Shown: in pieces, positions 49,352 through 63,300 of the stretch
How positions within the stretch are numbered: the stretch's first letter is position 1
How the letters are laid out: every line of letters starts with the position of its first letter
DNA from: Eledone cirrhosa
Lineage: Eukaryota
NCBI GenBank assembly: GCA_964016885.1
Contig: OZ024744.1
Location: 132,246,001 to 132,310,000 of the forward strand
Direction: 5' to 3'
DNA: 64,000 nt
Program-made: the position numbers and the translations under genes
Notes under the pieces: model-generated
Databases searched by the model: none
The model's input: the letters and a program-made list of their open reading frames with translations, nothing else
Told to the model about the DNA's origin: nothing

Positions 49352-52300
49352 AGGTTTTTCGAAAACCTTATATAATCATTTTTATTTAGGTTCTTCGAAA
49401 CACCTTATATAATCAATTTTTTTAGGTTTTTCGAAAAACCTTATATAATCAATTTTTTAATACTTTTAGAAATATTTATATCTGATTTCAAATATTGATT
49501 TTATTAGGTTTTTGGAGTAATCAATTTTTTTTACGTTTTTCGAAAAATGTTATATAATCAATTTTTTTTAGGTTTTTCGAATCAATTCAATTTTTATAAT
49601 CAAATATTTTTAGGTTTTTAGAAAAACCTTATATAATCAAATTTTTTTAGGTTTTTCGAAAAACCTTATATAATCAATTTTTTTATACTTTTAGAAATAT
49701 TTATATCTGATTTCAAATATTGATTTTTTTTTTAGGTTTTTCGAAATACCTTATATAATCAATTTTTTTTAGGTTTTTCAAATTACTTTATATAATCAAT
49801 TTTTTTTATCTGATTTCAAATATTGATTTTTTTAGCTTTTTCGACAAAATCTTATATAATCAATTTTTTTTAGGTTTTTCGAAAAAGAATGAATTTGAGT
49901 TCATAGTCGAAATATATACTTCTGCATTAATCTTTTTACGTTTTTTTGATTTTTTTAAAAAAAAAAGTAAAAAATTAATGCTTTTACAAATCTTTTGAAA
50001 TATTTACTTTCTAGTTTCAAATTTTGCAGATTAAATTTTTCTCGAAAAACCTAAAAAATCAGTTGTCGAAATCAGAAGTTAATATTTCGAAAAACGCAAT
50101 TTGAAAAACTCATATTAATTTTTTTTCGAAAACTTATTATATAATCAATTTTTTTATACTTTTAGAAATATTTATATCTGATTTCAAATATTGATTTTTT
50201 TAGGTTTTTCGAAAACCCTATATAATCAATTTTTTTGTACTTTTAGAAATATCTATATCTGATTTCATGTATTGATTTTTTTATATTTTTCGAAAAATCT
50301 TATAAAATCAATTTTTTTACGTTTTTAGAAAAACCTTATATAATCAATTTTTTTTGTTTTTTCTAAAAATCTTATATAATCAATTTTTTTTAGGTTTTTC
50401 GAAAAACCTTATATAATCAATTTTTTTATGTTTTTTCGAAAAATCTTATATAATCAATTTTTTTACGTTTTTAGAAATATTTATATCTGATTTCAAATAT
50501 TGATTTTTTTTAGATTTTTCGAAATACCTTATATAATCAATTTTTTTTAGGTTTTTCAAATTACCTTATATAATCAATTTTTTTTATCTGATTTCAAATA
50601 TTGATTTTTTTAGCTTTTTCGACAAAATCTTATATAATCAATTTTTTTTAGGTTTTTCGAAAAAGAATGAATTTGAGTTCATAGTCGAAATATATACTTC
50701 TGCATTAATCTTTTTACGTTTTTTTGATTTTTTTTAAAAAAACGTAAAAAATTAATGCTTTTACAAATCTCTTGAAATATTCACTTTCTAGTTTCAAATT
50801 TTGCAGATTAAATTTTTCCTAAAAAATCAGTTGTCGAAATCAGTTCGTAAAACGCAATTTGAAAAACTCATATTAATTTTTTTTCGAAAACTTATTATAT
50901 AATCAATTTTTTTATACTTTTAGAAATATTTATATCTGATTTCAAATATTGATTTTTTTAGGTTTTTCGAAAACCCTATATAATCAATTTTTTTGTACTT
51001 TTAGAAATATCTATATCTGATTTCATGTATTGATTTTTTTATATTTTTCGAAAAAGCTTAGATAATCAATTTTTTTAAGTCTTTCGAAAACATTATATAA
51101 TCAATTTTTTTTTAGGTTTTTCGAAAAAACCTTATATAATCAATTCTTTTTTTGGTTTTTTCGAAAAATCTTATATAATCAATTTTTTTACGTTTTTAGA
51201 AAAACCTTATATAATCAATTTTTTTTAGATTTTTCAAAAAACCTTATATAATCAATTTTTTTTAGGTTTTTCGAAAAACCTTATATAATCAATTTTTTTT
51301 GTTTTTTTGAAAAATCTTATATAATCAATTTTTTTACGTTTTTAGAAATATTTATATCTGATTTCAAATATTGATTTTTTTTAGGTTTTTCGAATTACCT
51401 TATATAATCAATTCTTTTTTTGGTTTTTTCGAAAAATCTTATATAATCAATTTTTTTACGTTTTTAGAAAAACCTTATATAATCAATTTTTTTTAGATTT
51501 TTCAAAAAACCTTATATAATCAATTTTTTTTAGGTTTTTCGAAAAACCTTATATAATCAATTTTTTTTGTTTTTTTGAAAAATCTTATATAATCAATTTT
51601 TTTACGTTTTTAGAAATATTTATATCTGATTTCAAATATTGATTTTTTTTAGGTTTTTCGAATTACCTTATATAATCAATTTTTTTTAGGTTTTTCAAAT
51701 ATTGATTTTTTTAGCTTTTTCGACAGAATCTTATATAATCAATTTTTTTTAGGTTTTTCGAAAAAGAATGAATTTGAGTTCATAGTCGAAATATATACTT
51801 CTGCATTAATCTTTTTACGTTTTTTTGTATTTTTTTTATAAAAACGTAAAAAATTAATGCTTTTACAAATCTTTTGAAATATTTACTTTCTAGTTTCAAA
51901 TTTTGCAGATTAAATTTTTCTCGAAAAACCTAAAAAATCAGTTGTCGAAATCAGAAGTTAATATTTCGAAAAACGCAATTTGAAAAACTCATATTAATTT
52001 CTTTTCGAAAACATTATATAATCAATTTTTTTATACTTTTAGAAATATTTATATCTGATTTCAAATATTGATTTTTTAAGGTTTTTCGAAAACCCTATAT
52101 AATCAAATATCTATATCTGATTTCATGTATTGACTTTTTTATATTTTTCGAAAAAGCTTAGATAATCAATTTTTTTAGGTCTTTCGAAAACCTTATATAA
52201 TCAATTTTTTTTTAGGTTTTTCGAAAAAACCTTATATAATCAATTTTTTTTAGGTTTTTTCGAAAAATCTTATATAATCAATTTTTTTACGTTTTTAGAA

Positions 52301-52389
52301 ATATTTATATCTGATTTCAAATATTGATTTTTTTTAGATTTTTCGAAATACCTTATATAATCAATTTTTTTTAGGTTTTTCAAATTACC
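49352..52389 (+). repeat. AT-rich composite satellite block 3 (~3.0 kb, 3 cassettes)
   Basis: Same units, with the same entry and exit junctions as block 2. Confidence 0.96.
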
Positions 52390-52564
52390 CCGACTTAACC
52401 CCGACTTAACTTAACCCCAACTTAACTTAACCCCAACTTAACTTAACCCCAACTTGACTTAACCCCAACATAACTCACACCCAACTTAACTTACCCCCAA
52501 CTTAACTTAACCCCAACTTGACTTAACCCCAACTTAACTTAACCCCAACTTAACTTAACGCCAA
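52388..52564 (-). repeat. Truncated inverted island fused directly to AT block 3
   Basis: Near-identical to 23505-23681. Confidence 0.92.
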
Positions 52565-54572
52565 AGTCGGAGTTAAGTTAAGTTGGGGTTAAGCTAAGTT
52601 GGGGGTAAGTTAAGTTGGGGGTAAGTTAAATTGGGGTTAAGTTAAGTTGGGGTTGAGTGAAGTTGGGGTTAAGTTAAGTTGGGGTTAAGTTAAGTTAGGG
52701 TTAATTTAAGTTGGGGTTAAGTTAAGTTGGGGTTAACTTAAGTTGGGGTTAAGTTAAGTTGGGGTTAATTTAGGTTGGGGTTAAGTTAAGTTGGGGTTAA
52801 GATAAGTTGGGGTTAAGTTAAATTGAGATTAAGTTAACTTGGGTTTGAGTTAAGTTGGGGATAAGTCAAGTGGTGGTTATGTTAAGTTGGGGTTAAGTTA
52901 AGTTGGGGTTAAATTAAGTTGGGGTTAAGTTAAGTTGGGTGTAAGCTAAGTTGGGGTTGAGTGAAGTTGGGGTTAAGTTAAGTTGGGGTTAAGTAGAGTT
53001 GGGGTTAAGTTAAGTTGGGGTTAAGTTAAGTTGGTGTTAAGTTGGGGTTAAGTTAAGTTGGGGTTGAGTGAAGTTGGGGTTAAGTTAAGTTGGGGTTAAA
53101 TTAAGTTGGGGTTAACTTAAGTTGGGTTTAAGTTAAGTTGCGGTTAAGTTAAGTTGGGGTTAAGTTAAGTTGGGGTTAAGTTAAGTCGGGGTTAAGTTAA
53201 GTTGGGGTTGAGTTAAGTTGGGGTTATTTTAAGTTGAGGTTATGTTAAGTTGGGGTTAATTTAAGTTGGGGTTAAGTTAAGTTGGGGTTAATTTAAGTTG
53301 GGGTTAAGTTCAGTTGGGGTTAATTTAAGTTGGGGTTAAGTTAAGTTGGGTTTAAGTTAAGTTGGGGTTAAGTTAAGTTGGGGTTAAGTTAAGTTGGGTT
53401 TAAGTTAAGTTGGGGCTAAGTTAAGTTGGGTCTAATTTGAGTTGGGGTTAAGTTAAGTTGGGGTTAAGTTAAGTTGAGGTTAAATTAAGTTGGGGTTAAT
53501 TAAGTTGGGGTTAAGTTAAGTTGGGGTTAAGTTAAGTTGAGGTTAAGTTAACTTGGGGTTAAGTTAAGTTGGGGTTAAGTTAAGTTGGGGTTGAGTTAAG
53601 TTGGGGTTGAGTTAAGTTGGGGTTAAGTTAAGTTGGGGTTAAGTTAAGTTGGGGTTAAGTTAAGTTGGGGTTAATTTAAGTTCGGGTTAAGTTAAGTTCG
53701 GGGTAAGCTAAGTTGGGGTTCAGTTAAATCGGGTCTAAGTTAAGTGGGAGGTTAAGTTAAGTTGGGGTTGAGTTAAGTTGTGGTTAAGTTAACTTGGGGT
53801 TAAGTTAAGTTAAGTTTGAGTTAAGTTGGGGTTAAGTTGGGGTAAGTTAAGTTGGGGTTAAGTTACGTTGGGGTTAAGTTAAGTTGGGGTTAAGTTGAGG
53901 TTAAGTTAAGTTGTGGATAAGTTAAGTTGGGGCTAAGTTAAGTTGGGGCTAAGTTAAGTTGGGGTTAAGTTAAGTTGGGGTTAATTTAAGTTGGGGTTAG
54001 GTTAAGTTGGGGATAAGTTAAGTTGGGGATAAGTTAAGTTGGGGTTAAGTTAAGTTGGGTTTAAGTTAAGCTGGGGTTAAGTTAAGTTGGGGTTAAATTA
54101 AGTTGGGGTTAAGTTAAGTTTGGGTTAGGTTAAGTTGGGGATAAGTTAAGTTGGGGATAAGTTAAGTTGGGGTTAAGTTAAGTTGGGTTTAAGTTAAGTT
54201 GGGGTTAAGTTAAGTTGGGGTTAAGTTAAGTTGGGGTTAAGTTAAGTTGCGGTTAGTTAAGTTGAGTTTAAGTTAAGTTGGGGTTAATTTAAGTTGGGGT
54301 TAAGTTAAGTTGGGGTTCAGTTCAGTTGGGGTTAAGTCAAGTTGGGGTTAAGTTAAGTTGGGGTTAAGTTAAGTTGGGGTTAGGTTAAGTTGGGGATAAT
54401 TTAAGTTGGGGATAAGCTAAGTTGGGGTTAAGTTAAGTTGGGTTTAAGTTAAGTTGGGGTTAAGTTAAGTTGGGGTTAAATTAAGTTGGGGTTAAGTTAA
54501 GCTGGGGTTAAATTAAGTTGGGGTTATGTTAAGTTGGGGTTAAGTTAAGTTGGGGTTAGTTTAAGTGGGGTT

Positions 54573-54917
54573 AACCCCATCTTAACTTAACCCCAACTTA
54601 ACTTAACCCCAACTTCACTCAACCCCAACTTAAATTAACCCCAACTTCACTCAACCCCAACTTAACTCAACCCCAACTTAAATTAACCCCAACTTAACTT
54701 AACCCTGACTTAACTTAACCCCGACTTAACTTAACCCCGACTTAACTTAACCCCAACTTAACTTAAACCCCAACTTAACTTAACCCCAACTTAACTTAAC
54801 CCCAACTTGACTTAACCCCAACTTAACTCACACCCAACTTAACTTACCCCCAACTTAACTTAACCACAACTTGACGTAAACCCAACTTAACTTAACCCCA
54901 ACTTAACTTAACCCCAA
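54573..54917 (-). repeat. Inverted island (long type)
   Basis: Counterpart of 2368-2712 at offset 52205. Confidence 0.93.
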
Positions 54918-55577
54918 AGTCGGAGTTCAGTTAAGTTGGGGTTCAGTTAAGTTAGGCTTAACTTAAGTTGGGGTTGAGTTAAGTTGGGGGTAAGTTAAGT
55001 TGGGGGTAAGTTAAGTTGGGGTTAAGTTAAGTTGGGGTTAAGTTGGGGTTAAGTTAAGTTAGGGTTAAGTTAAGTTGGGGTTGAGTTAAGTTGGGGTTAA
55101 GTTAAGTGGTGGTTATGTTAAGTTGGGGTTAAGTTAAGTTGGGGTTAAATTAAGTGGGGTTAACTTAAGTTGGGTGTAAGTTAAGTTGGGGTTGAGTGAA
55201 GTTGGGGTTAAGTTAAGTTGGGGTTAAGTTAAGTTAGGGTTAATTTAAGTTGGGGTTATGTTAAGTTGGTGTTAAGTTAAGTTGGGGTTAAGTCGAGTTG
55301 GGGTTAAGTTAAGTTGGGGTTAAGTTAAATTGGTGTTAAGTTAAGCTGGGGTTAAGTTAAGTTGGGGTTAGTTAAGTTGAGTTTAAGTTAAGTTGGGGTT
55401 AATTTAAGTTGGGGTTAAGTTAAGTTGGGGTTCAGTTAAGTTGGGGTTAAGTTAAGTTGGGGTTGAGTTAAGTTGTGGTTAAAGTTAAGTTGGGGTTAGG
55501 TTAAGTTGGGGTTAAGTTAAGCTGGGGTTAAATTAAGTTGGGGTTAAGTTAAGTTGGGGTTAGGTTAAGTTGGGGTT

Positions 55578-55825
55578 AACCCCAACTTCACTCAACCCCA
55601 ACTTAACTTAACCCCAACTTCACTCAACCCCAACTTAACTCAACCCCAACTTAACTTAACCCCAACTTAACTTAACCCTAACTTAACTTAACCCCGACTT
55701 AACTTAACCCCAACTTAACTTAACCCCAACTTAACTTAACCCCAACTTAACTTAATCCCAACTTGACTTAACCCCAACTTAACTCACACCCAACTTAACT
55801 TACCCCCAACTTAACTTAACCCCAA
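55578..55825 (-). repeat. Inverted island (shortened)
   Basis: Positional counterpart of 3372-3669, lacking a few monomers. Confidence 0.92.
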
Positions 55826-58800
55826 AGTCGGAGTTAAGTTAAGTTGGGGTTAAGTTAAGTTAGGCTTAACTTAAGTTGGGGTTAAGTTAAGTTGGGGGTA
55901 AGTTAAGTTGGGGGTAAGTTAAGTTGGGGTTAAGATAAGTGGTGGTTATGTTAAGTTGAGGTTAAGTTAAGTTAGGGTTAAATTAAGTTGGGGTTAAGTT
56001 AAGTTGGGTGTAAGTTAAGTTGGGGTTGAGTGAAGTTGGGGTTAAGTTAAGTTGGGGTTAAGTAGAGTTGGGGTTAAGTTAAGTTGGGGTTAAGTTAAGT
56101 TGGTGTTAAGTTGGGGTTAAGTTAAGTTGGGGTTAAGTTGGGGTTAAGTTAAGTGGTGGTTATGTTAAGTTGGGGTTAACTTAAGTTGGGGTTAATTTAA
56201 ATTGGGGTTAAGTTAACTTTGTGGTTAAGTTAAGTTGGGGTTAAGTTAAGTTGGGGTTAAATTAAGTTGGTGTTGAGTGAAGTTGGGGTTAAGTTAAGTT
56301 GGGGTTAAGTTAAGTTGGGGTTAACTTAAGTTGGGTTTAAGTTAAGTTGCGGTTAAGTTAAGTTGGGGTTAAGTTAAGTTGGGGTTAAGTTAAGTCGGGG
56401 TTAATTTAAGTTGGGGTTGAGTTAAGTTGGGGTTAATTTAAGTTGAGGTTATGTTAAGTTGGGGTTAATTTAAGTTGGGGTTAAGTTAAGTTGGGGTTAA
56501 GTTAAGTTGGGGTTAATTTAAGTTGGGATTAAGTTCAGTTGGGGTTAAATTAAGTTGGGGTTAAGTTAAGCTGGGGTTAAATTAAGTTGGGGTTAAGTTA
56601 AGTTGGGGTTAAGTTAAGTTGGGGTTAAGTTAAGTTAGGGTTAATTTAAGTTGGGGTTATGTTAAGTTGGGGTTAAGTTAAGTTGGGTTTAAGTCGAGTT
56701 GGGGTTAAGTTAAGTTGGGGTTAGTTAAGTTGAGTTTAAGTTAAGTTGGGGTTAATTTAAGTTGGGGTTAAGTTAAGTTGGGGTTCAGTTAAGTTGGGGT
56801 TAAGTTAAGTTGGGGTTAAGTTAAGTTGGTTTAAGTTAAGTTGGGGTTAGGTTAAGTTGGGGATAAGTTAAGTTGGGGATAAGCTAAGTTGGGGTTAAGT
56901 TAAGTTGGGTTTAAGTTAAGTTGGGGTTAAGTTAAGTTAGGCTTAACTTAAGTTGGGGTTAAGTTAAGTTGGGGGTAAATTAAGTTGGGGGTAAGTTAAG
57001 TTGGGGTTAAGTTAAGTTGGGGTTAAGTTAAGTGGTGGTTATGTTAAGTTGGGGTTAAGTTAAGTTGGGGTTAAATTAAGTTGGGGTTCAGTTAAGTTGG
57101 GGTTAAGTTAAGTTGGGGTTAGGTTAAGTTGGGGATAAGTTAAGTTGGGGATAAGTTAAGTTGGGGTTAAGTTAAGTTGGGTTTAAGTTAAGTTGGGGTT
57201 AAGTTAAGTTGGGGTTTAATTAAGTTGGGGTTGAGTTAAGTTGGGGTTGACTTAAGTTGAGCTTAAGTTAAGTTGGGGTTAAGTTAAGATGTGGTTAAGT
57301 TAAGTTGGGGTTAAGTTAAGTTGGGGTTAAATTAAGTTGGGGTTAAGTTAAGTTGGGGGTAAGGTAAGTTGGTGGTAAGTTAAGTTGGGGGTAAGTTAAG
57401 ATGGGGCTAAGTTAAGTTGGGGTTAAGTTAATTTGGGGTTAAGTTAAGTTAGGGTTAAGTTAAGTTGGGGTTGACTTAAGTTGGGGTTAAGTTAAGTTGG
57501 GGTTATGTTAAGTTGGGTTTAAGTTAAGTTGGGGTTAAGTTAAGTTGGGGTTAAGTTAAGTTGCGGTTAAGTTAAGTTGGGGTTAAGTTAAGTTGGGGTT
57601 AAGTTAAGTTGGGGTTAAGTTAAGTTGGGGTTAATTTAAGTTGGGGTTAAATTAAGTTGGGGTTAATTTAAGTTGGGGGTTAAGATAAGTTGGGGTTAAG
57701 TTAAGTTGGGGTTAAATTAAGTTGGGGTTAAGTTAAGTTGGGGTTAATTTAAGTTGGGGTTAAGTTAAGTTGGGGTTTAGTTAAGTTGGGGGTAAGTTAA
57801 GTTGGGGGTAAGTTAAGTTGGGTGTAAGTTAAGATGGGGTTAAGTTAAGTTGGGGTTAAGTTATTTTGGGGTTAAGTTAAGTTGGGGGTAAGTTAAGTTG
57901 GTGATAAGTTAAGTTGGGGGTAAGTTAAGTTGGGGTTAAGTTAAGTTGGGTTAAGTTGGGATTAAGTTAAGTTAGGGTTAAGTTAAGTTGGGGTTGAGTT
58001 AAGTTGGGGTTAAGTTAAGAGGTGGTTATGTTCAGTTGGGGTTAAGTTAAGTTGGGGTTAAGTTAAGTTGGGGTTAAGTTAAGTTGGGGTTAAGATAAGT
58101 TGGGGTTAAGTTAAGTTGGGGTTGAGTTAAGTTGGGGTTGAGTTAATTTGGGGTTAAGTTAAGTTGGGGTTAACTTAATTTGGGTTTAATTTAAGTTAGG
58201 GTTAAGTTAAGTTGGGGTTAAATTAAGTTGGGATTAAGTTAAGTTGGGTGTACGTTAAGTTGGGGTTGACTGAAGTTGGGGTTAAGTTAAGTTGGGGTTA
58301 AGTAGAGTTGGGGTTAATTTAAGTTGGTGTTAAGTTAAGTTGGTGTTAAGTTGGGGTTAAGTTAAGTTGGGGTTAAGTTGGGGTTAAGTTAAGTGGTGGT
58401 TATGTTAAGTTGGGGTTAAGTTAAGTTGGGGTTAATTTAAATTGGGGTTAAGTTAACTTTGTGGTTAAGTTAAGTTGGAGTTAAGTTAAGTTGGGGTTAA
58501 GTTAAGTTGGGGTTAAGTTAAGTTGGGGTTGAGTTAAGTTGGGGTTAATTTAAGTTGAGGTTATTTTAAGTTGGGGTTAAGTTAAGTTGGGGTTAAGTTA
58601 AGTTGGGGTTAAGTTAAGTTGGGGTTAAGTTAAGTTGGGGTTAAGTTAAGTTGGGTTTAAGTTAAGTTGGGGTTAAATTAAGTTGGGGTTAAATTAAAGT
58701 GGGGTTAAGTTAAGTTGGGGGTAAGTTAAGTTGGGGGCAAGTTAAGTTGGTGTTAAGTTAAGTTGGGGTTAAGTTAAGTTGGGGTTAAGTTAAGTTGGGT

Positions 58801-60380
58801 TTAAGTTAAGTTGGGACTAAGTTAAGTTAGGGCTAAGTTCAGTTGGGGTAAAGTTAAGTTGGGGCTAAGTTAAGTTGGGTATAAGTTGAGTTGGGGTTAA
58901 GTTAAGTTGGGGTTAAGTTAAGTTGGGGTTAAATTAAGTTGGGGTTAATTAAGTTGGGGTTAAGTTAAGTTGGGGTTAATTTAAGTTGGGGTTGTGTTAA
59001 TTTGGGGTTAAGTTAAGTTGGGGTTATATTAAGTTGGGGTTAAGTTAAGTTGGGGTTAAGTTAAGTTAGGGTTAATTTAAGTTGGGGTTATGTTAAGTTG
59101 GGGTTAAGTTAAGCTGGGGTTAAGTAGAGTTGGGGTTAATTTAAGTTGGGGTTAAGTTAAGTTGGTGTTAAGTTGGGGTTAAGTTAAGTTGGGGTTAAGT
59201 TGGGGTTAAGTTGAGTGGTGGTTATGTTAAGTTGGGGTTAAGTTAAGTTGGGGTTAATTTAAATTGGGGTTAATTTAACTTTGTGGTTAAGTTAAGTTGG
59301 AGTTAAGTTAAGTTGGGGTTAAGTTAAGTTGGGGTTGAGTGAAGTTGGGGTTAAGTTAAGTTGGGGTTAACTTAAGTTGGGGTTAAGTTAAGTTGGGGTT
59401 AAATTAAGTTGGGTTAAATTAAGGTGGGGTTAAGTTAAGTTGGGGGTAAGTTAAGTTGGGGGCAAGTTAAGTTGGTGTTAAGTTAAGTTGGGGTTAAGTT
59501 AAGTTGGGGTTAAGTTAAGTTGGGTTTAAGTTAAGTTGGGACTAAGTTAAGTTAGGGCTAAGTTAAGTTGGGGTTAAGTTAAGTTGGGGCTAAGTTAAGT
59601 TGGGTCTAAGTTGAGTTGGGGTTAAGTTAAGTTGGGGTTAAGTTAAGTTGGGGTTAATTTAAGTTGGGGTTGTGTTAAGTTGGGGTTAAGTTAAGTTGGG
59701 GATAAGTTAAGTTGGGGTTGAGTTAAGTTGGGGTTGAGTGAAGTTGGGGTTAAGTTAAGTCGGGGTTAATTTAAGTTGGGGTTGAGTTAAGTCGGGGTTA
59801 ATTTAAGTTGGGGCTAAGTTAATTTGTGGTTAAGTTAAGTTGGGGTTAAGTTAAGTTGGGGTTAAGTTAAGTTGGGGGTAAGTTAAGTTGGGGGCAAGTT
59901 AAGTTGGGGTTAAGTTAAGTTGCGGTTAAGTTAAGTTGGGGTTAAGTTAAGTTGGGTTTAAGTTAAGTTGGGGTTCAGTTAAGTTGGGGTTAAGTTAAGT
60001 TGGGGTTAAGTTAAGTTGGGGTTGAGTTAAGTTGGGGTTTAATTAAGTTGGGGTTGAGTTAAGTTGGGGTTGAGTTAAGTGGGGGTTGAGTTAAGTTGGG
60101 GTTAAGCTAAGTTGGGGTTAAGTTAAATTGAGGTTAAGTTAACTTGGGTTTGAGTTAACTTGGGGTTAAGTTAAGTTGGTGTTAAGTTCAGTTCAGGTTA
60201 AGTTAACTTGGGGTTAAGTTAAGTTGGGGTTGAGTTAAGTTGGGGTTGAGTTAAGTTGGGGTTAAGTTAAGTTGGGGTTAACTTAAGTTGGGGTTAAGTT
60301 AAGTTGGGGTTAATTTAAGTTGGGGTTCAGTTAAATTGAGGTTAAGATAACTTGGGTTTGCGTTAAGATGGGGTTAAGTT

Positions 60381-63300
60381 AGGTTTTTCGAAAACCTTAT
60401 ATAATCATTTTTATTTAGGTTCTTCGAAACACCTTATATAATCAATTTTTTTAGGTTTTTCGAAAAACCTTATATAATCAATTTTTTAATACTTTTAGAA
60501 ATATTTATATCTGATTTCAAATATTGATTTTATTAGGTTTTTGGAGTAATCAATTTTTTTTACGTTTTTCGAAAAATGTTATATAATCAATTTTTTTTAG
60601 GTTTTTCGAATCAATTCAATTTTTATAATCAAATATTTTTAGGTTTTTAGAAAAACCTTATATAATCAAATTTTTTTAGGTTTTTCGAAAAACCTTATAT
60701 AATTAATTTTTTTATACTTTTAGAAATATTTATATCTGATTTCAAATATTGGATTTTTTAGGTTTTTCGATAATCAATTTTTTTTAGATTTTTCGAAAAA
60801 TCTTATATAATCAATTTTTTTACGTTTTTAGAAAGACCTTATATAATCAATTTTTTTATACTTTTAGAAATATTTATATCTGATTTCAAATATTGATTTT
60901 TTTTTTAGGTTTTTCGAAATACCTTATATAATCAATTTTTTTTAGGTTTTTCAAATTACTTTATATAATCAATTTTTTTTATCTGATTTCAAATATTGAT
61001 TTTTTTTAGCTTTTTCGACAAAATCTTATATAATCAATTTTTTTTAGGTTTTTCGAAAAAGAATGAATTTGAGTTCATAGTCGAAATATATACTTCTGCA
61101 TTAATCTTTTTACGTTTTTTTGATTTTTTTAAAAAAAACGTAAAAAATTAATGCTTTTACAAATCTTTTGAAATATTTACTTTCTAGTTTCAAATTTTGC
61201 AGATTAAATTTTTCTCGAAAAACCTAAAAAATCAGTTGTCGAAATCAGAAGTTAATATTTCGAAAAACGCAATTTGAAAAACTCATATTAATTTTTTTTC
61301 GAAAACATTATATAATCAATTTTTTAGAAATATTTATATCTGATTTCAAATATTGATTTTTTTAGGTTTTTCGAAAACCCTATATAATCAATTTTTTTGT
61401 ACTTTTAGAAATATCTATATCTGATTTCATGTATTGATTTTTTTATATTTTTCGAAAAAGCTTAGATAATCAATTTTTTTAGGTCTTTCGAAAACATTAT
61501 ATAATCAATTTTTTTTTAGGTTTTTCGAAAAAACCTTATATAATCAATTTTTTTTAGGTTTTTCAAATATTGATTTTTTTAGCTTTTTCGACAAAATCTT
61601 ATATAATCAATTTTTTTTAGGTTTTTCGAAAAAGAATGAATTTGAGTTCATAGTCGAAATATATACTTCTGCATTAATCTTTTTACGTTTTTTTGATTTT
61701 TTTAAAAAAACGTAAAAAATTAATGCTTTTACAAATCTTTTGAAATATTTACTTTCTAGTTTCAAATTTTGCAGATTAAATTTTTCTCGAAAAACCTAAA
61801 AAATCAGTTGTCGAAATCAGAAGTTAATATTTCGAAAAACGCAATTTGAAAAACTCATATTAATTTTTTTTCGAAAACATTATATAATCAATTTTTTAGA
61901 AATATTTATATCTGATTTCAAATATTGATTTTTTTAGGTTTTTCGAAAACCCTATATAATCAATTTTTTTGTACTTTTAGAAATATCTATATCTGATTTC
62001 ATGTATTGATTTTTTTATATTTTTCGAAAAATCTTATATAATCAATTTTTTTACGTTTTTAGAAAAACCTTATATAATCAATTTTTTTTAGGTTTTTCGA
62101 AAAACCTTATATAATCAATTTTTTTATGTTTTTTCGAAAAATCTTATATAATCAATTTTTTTACGTTTTTAGAAATATTTATATCTGATTTCAAATATTG
62201 ATTTTTTTTAGATTTTTCGAAATACCTTATATAATCAATTTTTTTTAGGTTTTTCAAATTACCTTATATAATCAATTTTTTTTATCAGATTTCAAATATT
62301 GATTTTTTTTAGCTTTTTCGACAAAATCTTATATAATCAATTTTTTTTAGGTTTTTCGAAAAAGAATGAATTTGAGTTCATAGTCGAAATATATACTTCT
62401 GCATTAATCTTTTTACGTTTTTTTGATTTTTTTTAAAAAAACGTAAAAAATTAATGCTTTTACAAATCTTTTGAAATATTTACTTTCTAGTTTCAAATTT
62501 TGCAGATTAAATTTTTCTCGAAAAACCTAAAAAATCAGTTGTCGAAATCAGAAGTTAATATTTCGAAAAACGCAATTTGAAAAACTCATATTAATTTTTT
62601 TTCGAAAACATTATATAATCAATTTTTTAGAAATATTTATATCTGATTTCAAATATTGATTTTTTTAGGTTTTTCGAAAACCCTATATAATCAATTTTTT
62701 TGTACTTTTAGAAATATCTATATCTGATTTCATGTATTGATTTTTTTATATTTTTCGAAAAATCTTATATAATCAATTTTTTTACGTTTTTAGAAAAACC
62801 TTATATAATCAATTTTTTTTAGGTTTTTCGAAAAACCTTATATAATCAATTTTTTTATGTTTTTTCGAAAAATCTTATATAATCAATTTTTTTACGTTTT
62901 TAGAAATATTTATATCTGATTTCAAATATTGATTTTTTTTAGATTTTTCGAAATACCTTATATAATCAATTTTTTTTAGGTTTTTCAAATTACCTTATAT
63001 AATCAATTTTTTTTATCAGATTTCAAATATTGATTTTTTTTAGCTTTTTCGACAAAATCTTATATAATCAATTTTTTTTAGGTTTTTCGAAAAAGAATGA
63101 ATTTGAGTTCATAGTCGAAATATATACTTCTGCATTAATCTTTTTACGTTTTTTTGATTTTTTTTAAAAAAACGTAAAAAATTAATGCTTTTACAAATCT
63201 TTTGAAATATTTACTTTCTAGTTTCAAATTTTGCAGATTAAATTTTTCTCGAAAAACCTAAAAAATCAGTTGTCGAAATCAGAAGTTAATATTTCGAAAA

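Larger units (their letters stand above)
52388..60380 (+). repeat. G-rich 16-bp satellite block, ~8.0 kb, with 3 inverted islands
   Basis: Continuous 16-mer array. Confidence 0.97.
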
